A DNA stretch of 64,000 nucleotides from Octopus vulgaris (GCA_951406725.2 OX597840.1:14570001-14634000), one strand, 5' to 3'; shown: positions 40,396 through 54,625, numbered from the stretch's first letter. Program-made: numbers and translations. Notes: generated by a model not told the origin, from the sequence alone.

Positions 40396-41046
40396 CATTA
40401 TGGCTGCCCCCTCGTTATCGAGTATAGCCATTGCACGAAGCTTAACTGTTACTGGTGCTGTGATCGAATGTGACTTTTTAGCCCAGCTAAAGATCTACGA
40501 TGTCTTGTACAAAATTGGCAACTAAAACCTTTACCGGTAATAGCCGGCTGTAGTTGTAACTGGGCTTCATGTACCTTTGCATGTCGTTTAAGTCCTCCTG
40601 CCGAATTACACTCTCTTCCACATGCGTGACAGATATGATTAGTATGGTGTGTTACACCACCACCAGTGGCCAGGTTGTCACTCATCTGTCTCGTTTTATG
40701 ACTACGAAGATGACTCTTGAGTCCAGCTTTACTGAGGCAGGGTCTTGCACAGACACTGCATGTCAGCATCATACGAAGACCCTTCCCATCTGGAAGTGTA
40801 ACAGCAATGCCCTTCCTGACATCCCTCCTTACTTTCTCATGTGCAACTCGAGATTTCTCAAACATGGCTGTCCCCTCATGCACAATCCTTCTCCACCTAG
40901 TAGCTATGCCCTCCCATGTGTCAGGAGAGATGCAAGCATCTCTTAAGGAAGCCTTCAGCAAGTCCTTATACCTCTTTTTTGGTTTATGTGGAGGTCGTTC
41001 TCCTTTAGCTAACTCTCCATAAAAGAGTTGTTTTGGCATCCTTGAA
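40396..41046 (-). mobile_element. 5'-truncated RTE-clade LINE; open C-terminal ORF (40449-41046) with three C2H2 zinc fingers
   Basis: RMPKQLFYGEL..G.R....PKKRYKD.LK..L......TWE..A..W is the RTE post-RT signature. Fingers: CSVC..LKSHLRSH, CHAC..LKRHAKVH, CQFC..LKSHIRSQH. 3' UTR stem-loop atggct..ctcg-ataa-cgag..agccat and (ATGT)n tail. Confidence 0.9.
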
Positions 41047-41058
41047 TACATACATACG

Positions 41059-41111
<53 letters not shown>

Positions 41112-41283
41112 CTACTATATACATATATCTATAATCACACACACACATATATATTTGGAGAGAGATTGATAGATGATACACACATAGAATTGTATATTTA
41201 TGTGTGCGTGTATATATATATACAGACATATGCATATACATACATATAAATAGTGCTTGTTTGTGTGTATGTCACCTTCCCTC

Positions 41284-41345
<62 letters not shown>

Positions 41346-42429
41346 TGCATGTGTCCCCAATATAAAAGTGCATATATGCAAATGTGTGTGTGTGTTTGCA
41401 TAGAAGTCAGTATGAAGCATGTGATGTTAATGGTGATGATGATGATGATGGAATCTGTTGAAGTGCTTAAGGTGATGGTAGATGTGGTGGCAGTGGCGGT
41501 GGTGGTGGTAGCAGTGGTGGGCTAGGGTGGGGATGGAAGATGGTTGGCCTCTGTTTTCAGACAAAGAAGGGAAAACATTCATTTCTGAAATGTGATCAAC
41601 GTATCAGACAATTATCAGGTGATTAAATTTGATTTTATAGCCTGTCACATGACCAACATTATGATGGTGATGGTGATGATGGTCCATGGGAGATGGTGCG
41701 GGGCGGTGGTGGCTGAATTTACATCGAACCGATTGTATATGTGGTTAACATAAGGGAACGATGGCCACGTGTAGTGTGGAGAGAGTGGAAGGTGAAGAGT
41801 TTGAATTTAACGTCTGACCAAAATAAATTCATTTTCTCAGTAATCAAAACATTTAAAATCTCTGTCAGTCGGTACCCTCCACCTACCACCCACCCCCACA
41901 CAAACACACACAACCTATTATCTTACAACTCTCGACAAGTGATATATTAAAGTCTCTTAAATGTTTGTAATATCCATTGAGACAATTTAATTTGCACGGA
42001 ACTGAAAAATTTTACCTGGAGTGTACAAGGGCTATCTTCATTGTCATCACCATCATCATTATTGTGGTCTTCATCACCATCACCATTATCACAATCATAA
42101 TTATTATCTGCATTTTTATCACCACCACCATCATTCTTCTCTCTAATATATTTACCGTCTTCATCTCCAGTCTACTGCTATTTTCATCTCCGGTCTGCCA
42201 GTGTTTCCTTCATCAAATGCAATTTCCTTCAACATTAATCCTAAACCTCTCTTATCTTCTTTCAGTATCCAGTGGAAGTGATCATCAGTATTTTCTCTCA
42301 TACACACACACACACACACACACACACATGCAGATATATATATATATATGTATTTTAATATTTTGCTTATGTATAGCAATGTTTAGCAATTCAAACCTGC
42401 TGTTTGAATTTTAGAATAATATATTTAGA

Positions 42430-42510
42430 GGATCTGAAGAAGCTAAAAGGTGATGCTCAAGAACTCATCTGTGGGTGCATTGCATCTTCTAGCAGAAACA
42501 GCTGTAAGCT
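42430..42510 (+). ncRNA. Type I hammerhead ribozyme, same family as 27296-27376
   Basis: ggat CTGAAGA agctaaaag...cttctagca GAAA c-agct-GTA agct; perfect palindromic stem III ACAGCUGU. Confidence 0.75.
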
Positions 42511-43185
42511 AATGAAGTTGATTAAGTAATTTCTGTTCATTTCCTATTTCTTAAATTTCGTATACATATGTGTATGTGTGTGTGTATGAATGTATGTGTG
42601 TGTGTGTGTGTATATGGAGAGAGAGAGAGAGCGAGAGAGCAAATGGCTATAGTCAGGTTGGGTGTGAAGTTGGGGTATTTCCAGAGAAGCACTTAACCCG
42701 AATACTGGGCTATCAAGACTGTCAGGATCCACATCAAAGCCAGAATACTTCAGGTGTAGAAAATCCAAGTTTCATGACGATTATATCATCAACTGGGTTT
42801 GGTGAATAGTAATTAATCCAATGCAACTTCCTTAGCTTACTGGAGGGAGAAAGGGAAGGAGGGAGAGGAAAACGAATAGAAGACGAAAGTGAAGTAGGAG
42901 GAGAGGAAGAGAAAAAATTAAATAGTGGTCAGGAGGATTTTAAGCTATATATCTTATACATGTGTAACCAAAATAAAAATTAAAAATTAAAATAGAATAA
43001 TAAAAATAGAATGGGTAGTGTGATATATAGTTATTGGTGCATGGGTATATATATGTATATTCAAGGAGATGCAGACATATACTCAAGGAGATACACATGT
43101 ACACACATACATACACAGCCATGGACACATACACACACACACACGCCCATGTGCATGCACACAAACACACATGCACACACATATA

Positions 43186-43419
43186 CAGTAATTCCTGAAC
43201 TATCGTGGGTATTACTTTCCACAACCTCCCCGCAATAGGTGAAAATCTGTGAAGTAGAAACAGTACTGAACTGTATATTTTTTTTTTCTTTATAATTTGT
43301 ATAAATTTATTTTATTATAAATACAAAATAATGCCACGGAAGAATCAACATAATCTTAAATAATAAACTGCGATAGGTGAACCGCAAAAGGGGAACTGCA
43401 ATATGGTGAGGGATTACTG
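43186..43419. mobile_element. Tigger/pogo-type MITE
   Basis: TA-cagtaattcct ... agggattactg-TA. Confidence 0.8.
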
Positions 43420-43462
<43 letters not shown>

Positions 43463-43465
43463 ATG

Positions 43466-43503
<38 letters not shown>

Positions 43504-44334
43504 TACACATACGGACACCCACATATACCAACTTCTTTTTCTTCTTTCTTTCCTTCTCCTTCCGATTCTTCTCCTTTTTCTTCCCCTCCTCCTACTTCAC
43601 TTTCATCTTCTCTTATTCATTTTCCTCCCCTCCTTCCCTTTCTCCCTCAAATCCTTATACGTATCCACCCTCTTGATTCTACCCCTACCCACCCACCCAC
43701 ATAATATCTTAGCCACAGACACATCCCGCGTACACACTTTGTTCTTTTTTTTTATTTCCACTTAGTATTTTCCTAACAACAATGTCTGAAAAAGACGCAC
43801 AATATAATAGCACGCCGCTGATGCTAGTCTGAGAAAGTGCTTCTCCAATGCCTAAAACTGCAAATATTGCACGACTTTTCTTCTCGAATTTTTGCGTAGA
43901 CTCGCATTGCAAATGGAGATGGTAGAGGAACATTTATAACTTATATCACTTCAATTAAATCGATGGTTCTAAAAAATCAAATGAAAATCAAATGGCCATA
44001 TTGTTTAAATGGTGGAGGAATGCAAACCCAAACAGCTGTTTTATGGTGACTTTACAGAGGGGAAACAATCAGTGTAAACCTACAAAGTGGTTTAATGATG
44101 CTCTTCAATATTTTTCTTCCCATAAACATATTTAATCATGATGAGGTGGTCTGTGTGTGTGTAAGCAACACCAAAACAAAACATTTGTAATTTCAATTTT
44201 TAACCCTCCCCACCCTGCATCAAACAAGTTCATGTGTGTGTGTGTGTATGTGTGGACGTACACGCATTGTGTGTGAAAGAAATAACATATTTAGAAACAG
44301 AAAATTATGCTATTAAAATGAATGATACTTTACA

Positions 44335-44680
44335 GGTACAGGCGTGGCTGTGTGGTAAGAAGCTTGCTTCCCTACCACATGGTTCTGGGTTCAGTCCCAC
44401 TGCATGGCTTTTGGGCAAGTGTCTTCTAATATAGCCTCGAGCCAACCAAAGATTTGGTAGATAGAAACTGAAAGAAGCCCATCATATATGTATATGTTTG
44501 TGTGTCTCTGTTTGTCCCCCCACCATCGCTTGACAACCAATGTTGGTGTGTTTATGTTCTTGTAACTTAGTGGTTCAGCAATAAGTACTAGGTTTACAGA
44601 TAATAAGTCCTGGGGTCGATTTGTTCGACTAAAGGCAGTGCTCCAGCATGGCCACAGTCAAATGACTGAAACCAATGAGA
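44335..44680 (+). mobile_element. tRNA-derived SINE family A
   Basis: Matches the family A head, body and tail. Confidence 0.9.
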
Positions 44681-45338
44681 AAAATACTTATACTCATGCA
44701 GACACACACACTGATAAACTCAGTGGTAGCGATATACTTCTATAGAGTGTGAGAATGAGTGTGGTAAAAATGTATAGAGATTGAGGAGAAAGTTTACCAT
44801 GAGAAAACGAAAAAGATAGACGAATAGAAAGAGAGAGAAAAGATCTTTTTCTGTTGCTGACACAGATTTTGAAATTTTAAAATTAATTGAAAATTTTAAA
44901 ATTTAGTATGTTGATGTACTTTTTCAATGCCATCATTTTTCATCCAGTCAGAAAAGAGGATTTGTGCATAATGGCTGTCATAAAATGAAAGTAAACAAGA
45001 TAAGATGAGGTTTTAAACAAACTGAAAGCAATGCATAGGAGATAATACACATGCAAACAGAGTGAGTGTCCAAGAGTATGTTAAAGATATATATAGAGAG
45101 AGAGATACATTGGTGTTGAAAGACTGTGAGTGGGAGAGTTGTTGATATAAAAGTTAAATTATTTCTTATAGAGAATTATATTTTTTACTATTATTTATGG
45201 ACAACCTTATCTTTGAGATGCAGATTTTGAAAATCAAAATCATTTTACATGAGGATGCACCATTTCCAAGCCATTTTCGGCTAGATACACATACATAACT
45301 ACATACAGTCACATTTATTTAGTGTATATACATATAAT

Positions 45339-45386
<48 letters not shown>

Positions 45387-45463
45387 CTGTGATCTCTTGA
45401 GCACCACCAGCAAATATATTTTTTTCCTCTGCCTTCCCTTCTCGGGATCTTTCCTTTTCCTTT

Positions 45464-45498
45464 GTTTCCGACGAAGAGCTCCGCTCGAAACGTTAAAC
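45464..45498 (+). ncRNA. Minimal type I hammerhead with variant core CCGACGA
   Basis: gttt CCGACGA a-gagc-tcc-gctc GAAA c GTT aaac; palindromic ACGU stem III. Lies in a CpG-retaining, about 215-bp element between (TA)n tracts (45385-45600). Confidence 0.7.
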
Positions 45499-45616
45499 CC
45501 TCCTTCCCTTCTTTCCTGAGCGTCAAATAATACTTTAATTGTTCCACGTCCTCGCGTTGCTGTGTTTTTTTCTGTGTTTTCTTGTTTGGATTAACTATAT
45601 ATATATATATATATAT

Positions 45617-46050
45617 CATTGTTGTTGGCATCCTATTGTCTCGGGAGACAATGGAGTTGCGCATAAACTAATCCAGTCTGGTTTTTACATTTCATGTCCT
45701 CTTCAATTTCCTCTCCAGTTTTGTGCAGGCCTGGGCTAGATGTAAGAAACTCCTGGGTAACCCAATTGTCTGGATTCCTCTCTTGACCTTGCTGACAAAG
45801 TCCAAAGGAGTGCAGAGCATTACGTTTGGCACCAGCTTGGTTGAAGAAGCTGCCAGAAGAGTTTCGAGTTGAACATTAAACTGCCTATGGGGCTTCACTC
45901 CTGATTTCTTTGAAGGTTGTCTCCTTTCTGTAACCCTGGATAGGGGATGGGGCCATACCGGGTACTGTCAGCCGAAGCCAGCTGAGCCCAGGACTCATGT
46001 CAGGCAGGGTCGTCAGTCCCTGAAGTAGTGAAGAAAATCGCTACCCACTA
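45617..46050 (-). mobile_element. Probable non-autonomous RTE-derived element (5' leader plus 3' tail)
   Basis: Minus 3' end ccattgtctcccgagacaataggatgccaacaac resembles RTE 3' stem-loop tails; the body is GC-richer with no ORF. Confidence 0.45.
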
Positions 46051-46058
46051 CCTAATAA

Positions 46059-46108
<50 letters not shown>

Positions 46109-46125
46109 TCCCTTATTCACTACGG

Positions 46126-46158
<33 letters not shown>

Positions 46159-46404
46159 GCAACAACAACAATAACAATAATAATAATAATGGTTTAAAAT
46201 TCGGGTACAGAGCCATCAGTTTTTGAAGGGAGGGGTTTACTCAATGGTTTACCAGAGCTCAACAGGTACTTATTTTATTTTGTCTGAAAGGAGGACAAAG
46301 TCGACCTTCGTGGAATTTGAACTCAGAACGTAAGGATGGACGAAATGTCACCATGCATGTTGCCTGACATGTTAATGGTTCTACCAATTTGCCACCTAAG
46401 TTAT

Positions 46405-46479
<75 letters not shown>

Positions 46480-48339
46480 GTTAATAAGAGTAATAGCAAC
46501 AGTATTAGTAAATGAAAGACTTTATGAAATAATTTTATCTTCTCCTCCAAGTCGACAATTTTTAATATCCTGATTAATCTGAATATTTTTCCAATAAGCA
46601 AAATTAATTTAGAAATCTTATTAACAAAATTAATTTTACTTTCTCATTTTTTTTTCTTTTTCTATTTATTTTTCTTTCTCTCTTTTTTTTTCATTTTTTG
46701 CAGAGGGAGGAAGAATGGGATGTAAATTTAATTTTTTTATATATATATATATATTTTTTATTTTTCTATTTTGGGTTTTATTTTCTTTGCTCGGTCACCA
46801 AGTTTTGAGCCGATAATCACATATTAACTAACACAATGTATGGCTGTCTGCTAATGAACTTTGGTTAACGCAATCTATTATATGCTTGCTGAAGTCATCG
46901 CTGCCACCACCTTCATAATAATCATCATCATCATCTACATCATCATCACCACCATCATCACCACCATTGTCTTCATGTTCATCATCATCATCATTATCGT
47001 CATTATCATCATCATCATCATCATCACCACCAGCATCACCATATTAATCACTACAACATCTTTATTGTTGCTCTTATCATCGTTTTTCCTCTCTGTCACT
47101 CCTCCCCCTTCTCAGCTTTCCACTTTTCCTTCTCCTCTTCCTCTTCCTCATCATCATCACTACCACCTCCACCATCACCACCAGCATTGTAATAATGCTC
47201 GTTTCAAATTTTGGTACAAGGCCAGCAATTTCAGGGCAGGTGGTGGGGTAAGTCAATTACATCAACCCCAGTATTCAACTGGTACTTATCTTATTGATCC
47301 CAAAAGGATGAAAGGTATAGTCAACCTCAGCAGAACCACCACAAATACAACCACCTTCACTATCATCACACTGTTGAAGACTGTACCCAATGGGATGTGA
47401 ATGTATGCAGGTGTGTGTGTTTGATTATCGCATTGAAATGAGGATGTTGACAATGACGATAACAACGAGAGCAATGAAAATGGCAACAGGAATGATGATG
47501 ATGATGGGAAGGACAAAGATGTTACAATGACAACCTCCATTATGGCGATGACAATGAAATGATGAAATGATGACAGCAACAACAACTACAACGATGATGA
47601 TGATGATCATCATCATGCCAATAAGTGGAAATGGAGGTGGAGATGAGTGTGATGGTGGTGGTGCACAAGAAGAAGAAGAGGGGGAGGAGGATGAGGAGGC
47701 AGAAGGGGATTATGATGAAGGCGAACCAGTTAAATTAACTTTTCAAAGCCAGAAGCTTCTAAAAATTAATTTAGCAGTTTCACTTGTAGATTTACATTTG
47801 GTTGTCTATTGGTGGGTGGGTGACAGGGTCCAGGAGTATGGAGAGGGAACCCCTGCAGGGGGTTGGAATGTTTTTCTGTCTACATTTCTTGTATTTTCAT
47901 AACATCTCCCCCTCTACTCTTTTATTCCATTTCTATTCTGTTGTTCTGTTATTCTTGTTCATCAATTCCTTCATTCATTTCTCATTTGTCCTTTCAGTCT
48001 TTCATTTTTCTTTAGCCTTTCATCTCAGAAGTGAATTGGCTGAGTGGTTAGAGTATGGGACCAAATGCCTTGTGGTGTTTGTTTTGGTTCTCTACACTCT
48101 AGGTTCATGTCCAGCTGTGGTCACATTTTCTTTTCTTCCATTCTGGGTTAATATAGAATAACAGCCCGAAATGGTGGAATTGTAGAATTTGTGGAGATAA
48201 GGTGCTTTGCTATGCTTGTTCCAGCAGATGTTTCTAGCCTAAGATCAAACCCTACCAGGGTCAACTTTGCCTTTCATCCCTTTATTTGTGTTGGGGGTTG
48301 GAACCTTAAAACATATTCTTAGAAGATGGAATGGCCTCT

Positions 48340-48648
48340 GGATGACCAAAGCCTTGTGAGTGGATTTGATAGAAAGAAACTGAAAGAAGCCTGTCGCCTC
48401 TCTCTATATATATGTGTGTGCGCGTGTGCGTATGTATATGTTTGTGTGTTTGAGTTTGTCCCCCGACATCGCTTGACAACCAATGCTGGTGTGTTTATGT
48501 CCCCGTCACTTAGCAGTTCAGCAAGAGAGACCGATAAAATAAGTACTAGGCTTACAAAGAATAAGTTTTGGAGTCGATTTGCATGACTAAAGGTAGTGCT
48601 CCAGCATGGCCGCAGTCAAATGACTGAAACAAATAAAAGAATAAAAGA
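48340..48648 (+). mobile_element. tRNA-derived SINE family A (5' truncated)
   Basis: Matches the family A body and tail. Confidence 0.85.
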
Positions 48649-49153
48649 ACATTTAAAATTAATTGAACGAAACACAGAGCATCTTAAAATAAATACAGTA
48701 ACGAAAGGGTTAAGTGGTGAGCTGGCAGAATCGTTAGCATGCTGGGCAAAACGCTTAGCAGCATTTCATCTATCTCCATGTTCTGAGTTCAAATTCCATC
48801 AAGGTCAACTTTGCCTCTTGAGGTCAATAAAATGGGTACCGGGTATCACAGGGGTCAATGTAATTGACTTATTCCTTCCCTTAAAACTGCAGGCTTTGTA
48901 CCAAAATCTATATTTTACTCATTCTTTTTTTTTTTCTTGTCATCTCTTTCCTTTTCTTTTATTTTTCCATAGAATTTCACCTACTTCTTTATTCACCTTT
49001 GTCTATTCTGTTATTCTTTCTCACCTATTCCTTTATTCTTTCATCTCTTTTTTTCGTTCTTTTCCTTCTATCCTGTAATTCCTCACTTTGCTCTTTTTTT
49101 TTTTCATTCTACCATTTCACTTTTGGTCTCATTTATTAATTGCCACCATTTAT

Positions 49154-49193
<40 letters not shown>

Positions 49194-49240
49194 GTTTGAT
49201 GTTACAACAAGAGAAAAAGAACTCAATATGAAATTGCAGC

Positions 49241-49277
<37 letters not shown>

Positions 49278-49348
49278 TTTATAATTTAACTGTAACACTA
49301 TATATAAATGCTCATTTCAATCATGTAGTTTTACAGCTGCATACACAT

Positions 49349-49406
<58 letters not shown>

Positions 49407-51224
49407 TCTATATTCACTTCCAAAGTTCATTTGACATTTTTTTCCCCTTCTTGAATCTCAAAAACCAATTTTATTTTTTCCCTTTACAAGACACGGGGAT
49501 CTGTCTTCATCACCAAAAGTTTGAAATTGGATCTGCTATTTATTCATTGATTATTCATTTACTATCATTATTGGTTTTTCTTTCACTTATTTTCCTTCAT
49601 CATTTGCCATTCTAGATTTCCCCTGTACTCTTGGTTTTTTACTCTAAGTCCCACTCTATGTCTTCCCATCCAAGTATCAGCACCAAATGCACTGTGTATG
49701 CTCATATATACAAGCATCTATGTGTGTGTGTGTGTGTGTACAAGTATCTATCTATCTGTCTGTCTGTCTGTCTGGCTGTCTGTCTGTCTATCAATATATA
49801 TTTATATATATAATCCCTTACTATATATACATATACACACATATACATACACATACATAATACAGACACATACATATGTACATGCACTCACACACACATA
49901 CATACATGCATACACACACGGACATACATATATACATACATACACTCACACAGATATACATACATATGTAAACACATGCATACATACATACACACACATA
50001 CATACATGCACTCACATATACACATATACATACACATACATACTTACATACATACATGCACTCACACACATATACGTACACACACACACATACATACATA
50101 CATACATACATACATGCATACATACATACAAACATATACGTACACACACATGCATACATGCACACACATACATATATATATACATGCATACATACATACA
50201 TACATACATACATACATACATACATACATACATACATACATACATACATACATACATACATACATACATACAGACATACATACATTTATTCATGTATATA
50301 TAAATTTTTTTGTCCGCATTAGTAAGAAAATGGTAAAAACTCTCCAAGTTCTGTGTCTTAAACCTTTCTTTTCTTTTTATCTCACATGATGGAACCCAAT
50401 TTCATTCTGGTCTTCAATGTCTTTATTACAAAATGTCTCTGTTATAAAAACCAGTTTATTCATAGAAAAATTCCAACTTAGAATTGAAAAATATAATTAC
50501 TCCACATTTTGCTCAGACCCCAAATGGTTTTCTGCCCTTCCTTGTATTCTCCACTCACCCTGCTTCATTTCACCATTCATTAACGTTTATTTTTCTCTAC
50601 AAGCATGTACTAGAAGAGAGAAAGGGTTTTTATGGCTTGACACTTCTTATTGTCAACCCTTGTATCTGGTATTTTTAACTGGTTCCTGAATTTATGGTCC
50701 TTCTGTGCATTGTTAACCAGGAAGTGTTTCCCCTTATTGTTTTTGTAACATACTGTTGGTTTAAGTGGAGGTGTATGCCTCTGTGGTTGAGCATCGGGCT
50801 CAAAATCATGAGGTAGTGAGTTCAATTCCCAGACTGTAATGTTCTTGAGCAAGACACTTTATTTTCATGTTGCTCCAGTTCACTCATCTGTAGAAATGTA
50901 TTGCAACATCACTGGTGCCAAGCTGTATCAGCCTTTGCCTTTCCTTTGGGTAACATCGATGGTGAGGAGAGTGGAGGCTGGTATGCATGAGCGGCTGCTG
51001 GTTTTCCATAAAACAACTTTGCATAGGAGGGGTGCAATTCCATGTGTATTCAGGACCAAAGGGGGTCTTTACCCTTTTATTAGTGTCAATCTATTATTTG
51101 GTGTGTCACAGTTTTCGTTACGTGTTCATTTGTTCTATATATGGCACACATTCAATTATTTCAGTAGATCTTGCGTGTAATTTTTTGGGTTTTACTGGGG
51201 AGCACAATAACAATATTCTACTCT

Positions 51225-51432
51225 CTTTTTTACTCTTTTACTTGTTTCAGTCATTTGACTGCGACCATCCTGGAGCACTGCCTTTAGTCTAGCAAATCGA
51301 TCCCAGGACTTATTCTTTGAAAGCCTAGTACTTATTCTATTGGTCTCTTTTGCCAAACTGCTAAGTTACGGGGATGTAAACATACCAGCATTGGTTGTCA
51401 AGCGATGTTGGGGGGGGGGACAAACACCCCCC

Positions 51433-51472
<40 letters not shown>

Positions 51473-51635
51473 CGATGGGCTTCTTTCAGTTTCCGTCTAC
51501 CAAATCCACTCACAAGGCTTTGGTCAACCCGAAGCTATAGTAGGAGACACTTGCCCAAGGTACCATGCAGTGGAACTGAACCCGGAACCATGTGGTTGGC
51601 AGGCAAGCTACTTACCACACAGCCACTCCTACGCC
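51225..51635 (-). mobile_element. tRNA-derived SINE family A, full length
   Basis: Reverse complement of the family A consensus. Confidence 0.9.
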
Positions 51636-51653
51636 TATATTCCAATATAACCG

Positions 51654-52590
51654 ATATTCTTTTATAAATTTTATTGTAAAAGTGAAGGTTGCAAATTTAA
51701 TGATTCCAACTGTTACATCGGCCAAGCAAGTACAACATAACACTCTCTTGTAGGCTGCTCATGAATTTAAAACGAAGAGCAATTGAAATACTCTGCCATG
51801 GAACAAAGCTAGATAGGGAAATATTGACTTCAAATTTTGGCACAGGGCCATCAAATTTGGGTGAGAGGGTGCAAGATGATTACATTGACCCAAGTTCTCA
51901 GCAGGTACTTCTTTTGACAACCCACAAAAGGATGAAAGGCAAAGTCAACCTTGGGAGAATTTGAACCCAGAACATAAAGATGGATTAAATACTGCTAAGC
52001 ATTCTGTCAGCTTGCTGCCTTTAGATAGAGAAATATTCTTTTCTACTCTAGGCACAAGACCCAAGATTTTGGGGGAGGGGGCCAGTCAATTAGATTGACC
52101 CCTAGTATGCAACTGGTACTTAATTTATTGAACCCAAAAAGATGAAAGGGAAAGTCAACCTTGGTGGAATTTGAACTCAGAATGTAAAGGCAAACAAAAT
52201 ACCACTAAGTATTTCGCCCAGTGTGCTAACGTTTCTTATTTCTTTATTGCCCACAAGAAGCTACACACAGAGGGGACAAACAAGGACAGACAAATGGATT
52301 AAGTTGATTATATCGACCTCAGTGCATAACTGATACTTATTTAATCGACCCCGAAAGGATGAAAAGCAAAGTCGACCTCGGTGGAATTTGAACTCAGAAC
52401 ATAGCTGCAGACGAAATACTGCTAAGCATTTCATCTGGCGTGCTAACGTTTCTTCCAGCTCATCACCTCTAGATAGGAAAATATTGACAGAAAAACTTCT
52501 ATACTTTATAGAATTCCCCACAGAATTAGACAATATATTATGGAAGCAATATCCATCACAAAGCAGTGCTACGATTAAAACACAACTTAC
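51654..52590 (+). pseudogene. Penelope-like (Naiad-like) GIY-YIG endonuclease remnant, split by family B SINEs (51829-52469, -)
   Basis: IFFYKFYCKSEGCKFNDSNCYIGQASTT / SCRLLMNLKRRAIEILCHGTKLDREILT [SINEs] ..KTSILYRIPHRIRQYIMEAISITKQ. Contains the YxFxC..C..YIG, R..., EA..I motifs. Confidence 0.75.
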
Positions 52591-54625
52591 GTATGTAACA
52601 AATGCAAATCGAACAATGTTGACCTCCAATGGTCAGGTTGTGACCATTAGAAATCTATATAAACATAATGTTCTCTCTATAAAAAGGGGACAACATAGAT
52701 GTCAAAATTACTCCATTTCCTAAATATTGCTTGGAAATGTTAATAAAGATGGATTTGGATACTCTATGGTTCCAAACAAACAACAAGGATCTGATATAAA
52801 AATATGAGAATACTCTAAGGAGAAGAGGCTCAACTGGAATACAGTTTCTTTTGATATGTTTATTATCCAGTCGTGCTGCTTTCATGGATTTCACCGATTC
52901 TGTCACCAATCAGTTCTATTGGAGTTGGGAGCCTGAGTCAGGATAAATCTCGCATTAGCTGATTACACAACCATTGATGCTACCCCTAAGGATGCATTGT
53001 AGGTATTATTTTGATAGAGTTTGTTGATCCTGACCGTTGATCTTCTAGAATCCTCCACTCAGCATCAAAGTTAGAAACTCCATTGGCTCAGTTGAGCTCT
53101 ACTACTGTCTCCTTAAAATCCACCACACCACAGATCCATAACTTTGCCATATCCTTGGCAGGGTGGTTGAACAGGTGCTATGCCTTGCCAAAGGGCAACC
53201 CATAACTATGAAGGGTACAGCTGTTGCTCTGTGGGGTGGTTTCAAGATGTCTGCAGACCTGCATTTTGATATGTAATCTGTAAATATTGATGGTATGGTA
53301 GGGTGGTTTTGTTTGTAAGAGTTACATTTTGGTCAGTATTACAGAACTTTCATACCTTGTTTGTGAGTGGATTTAACTATGAAACTACTTAAAGGTGGTT
53401 GGCGTTAGGAAAGGCATCCAGTTGTAGAAACACTGCCAAATCAGACTAGAGCTTGGTGCAGCCTCTATGGCTTTCAGACCCCGGTCGAACCGTCCAACCC
53501 ATGGTAGCATGGAATACGGATGTTAAATGATGATGATGATATGTAACAGACTTTCTGATGTTCTAAGAAGTAATTCATGGTTGGATGGCTTATGCTAACA
53601 TGTCTGAAATTTACATTAGTGAGAAATGAATAGCTATTTTATGGGTGAAGGAGTTTGGTTCGTTTTACCGAAATTTTCTATTAAACTAATTAAAGATTTT
53701 TGTTTATTCTGTCATTGGAAACCATATCTTTTATTTACTCAAAGTTTTTGAGTGTGGTTATTTCTATCTCCCTCTCTTTGTTTTTTTTTTACTCCTATGC
53801 CTTCAAGTTAATAAATACCTGGTAACTTCCATATCAAGCATCTTATCCTTTTAATGGAATTTTTATAGAAAAATACATAAAAAGTTTCCTATTGTCTTTC
53901 TCTGAATATAATTCTGCTAGATACAGAAAAGTTTATCACACCTGCCTGGACACACACTATGTAAATTACCAGAATGAATATGAAAATACTGTATCTAAAT
54001 GTCTAAAAATTCTGACAGTTCATTCTCTTTGGTTGGTCTCAGAAGGACTAAAGTCAAAGTGACTTTCAGAACAGAAAGACCTAGAACAAACAGGGCAAAA
54101 GACACCCTTTACAAATACTGTGATGGTTTGTTAATGAATATAAGAATGAGTGTGTAATGAGGAATTAATTAATGCACCACAGTGATAGAACTGCAATGTG
54201 TGTGAGGAAATATAAGAGAGAGAATGTCTGAAAATAAATTTAGTTTGTTGAGGTGTTAACTCTAGAATGATTCTCACATCCAAGAATAAATACATGTTCT
54301 TCGAGACAATTAAATAACTCACTCTCTTCCTCTCACTCGATCTCTCACTCCCTTTCATTTTCAATCCCATTCTCCCTCACATCCACTCATACATCTGCCT
54401 ACCCAGAATCTATCATTAAATTTGACAGTAAGTAAATGACGAGACATTAAACAACACACCACACAGCATATGACTGTATTACTTTCTGTGTAAGAATATG
54501 TATTTAGACAAGATTTAAAAATAATTTCGGTGAAATGATGATGACGGTGGTTTAACTCCAAAATTAGTCTTAGGTGTAACACTAAATACTGATTCTCACA
54601 GAGCATTAGTACACACGCACACACA

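Noticed and set aside
45920-46020. CTGACGA...GAAA on the minus strand as a hammerhead
   Set aside because: Stem II does not close on GAAA and no stem I forms.
47567-47902. Acidic-rich ORF as a host exon
   Set aside because: Low-complexity (GAT/GAG)n sequence with no recognisable domain or splice context.
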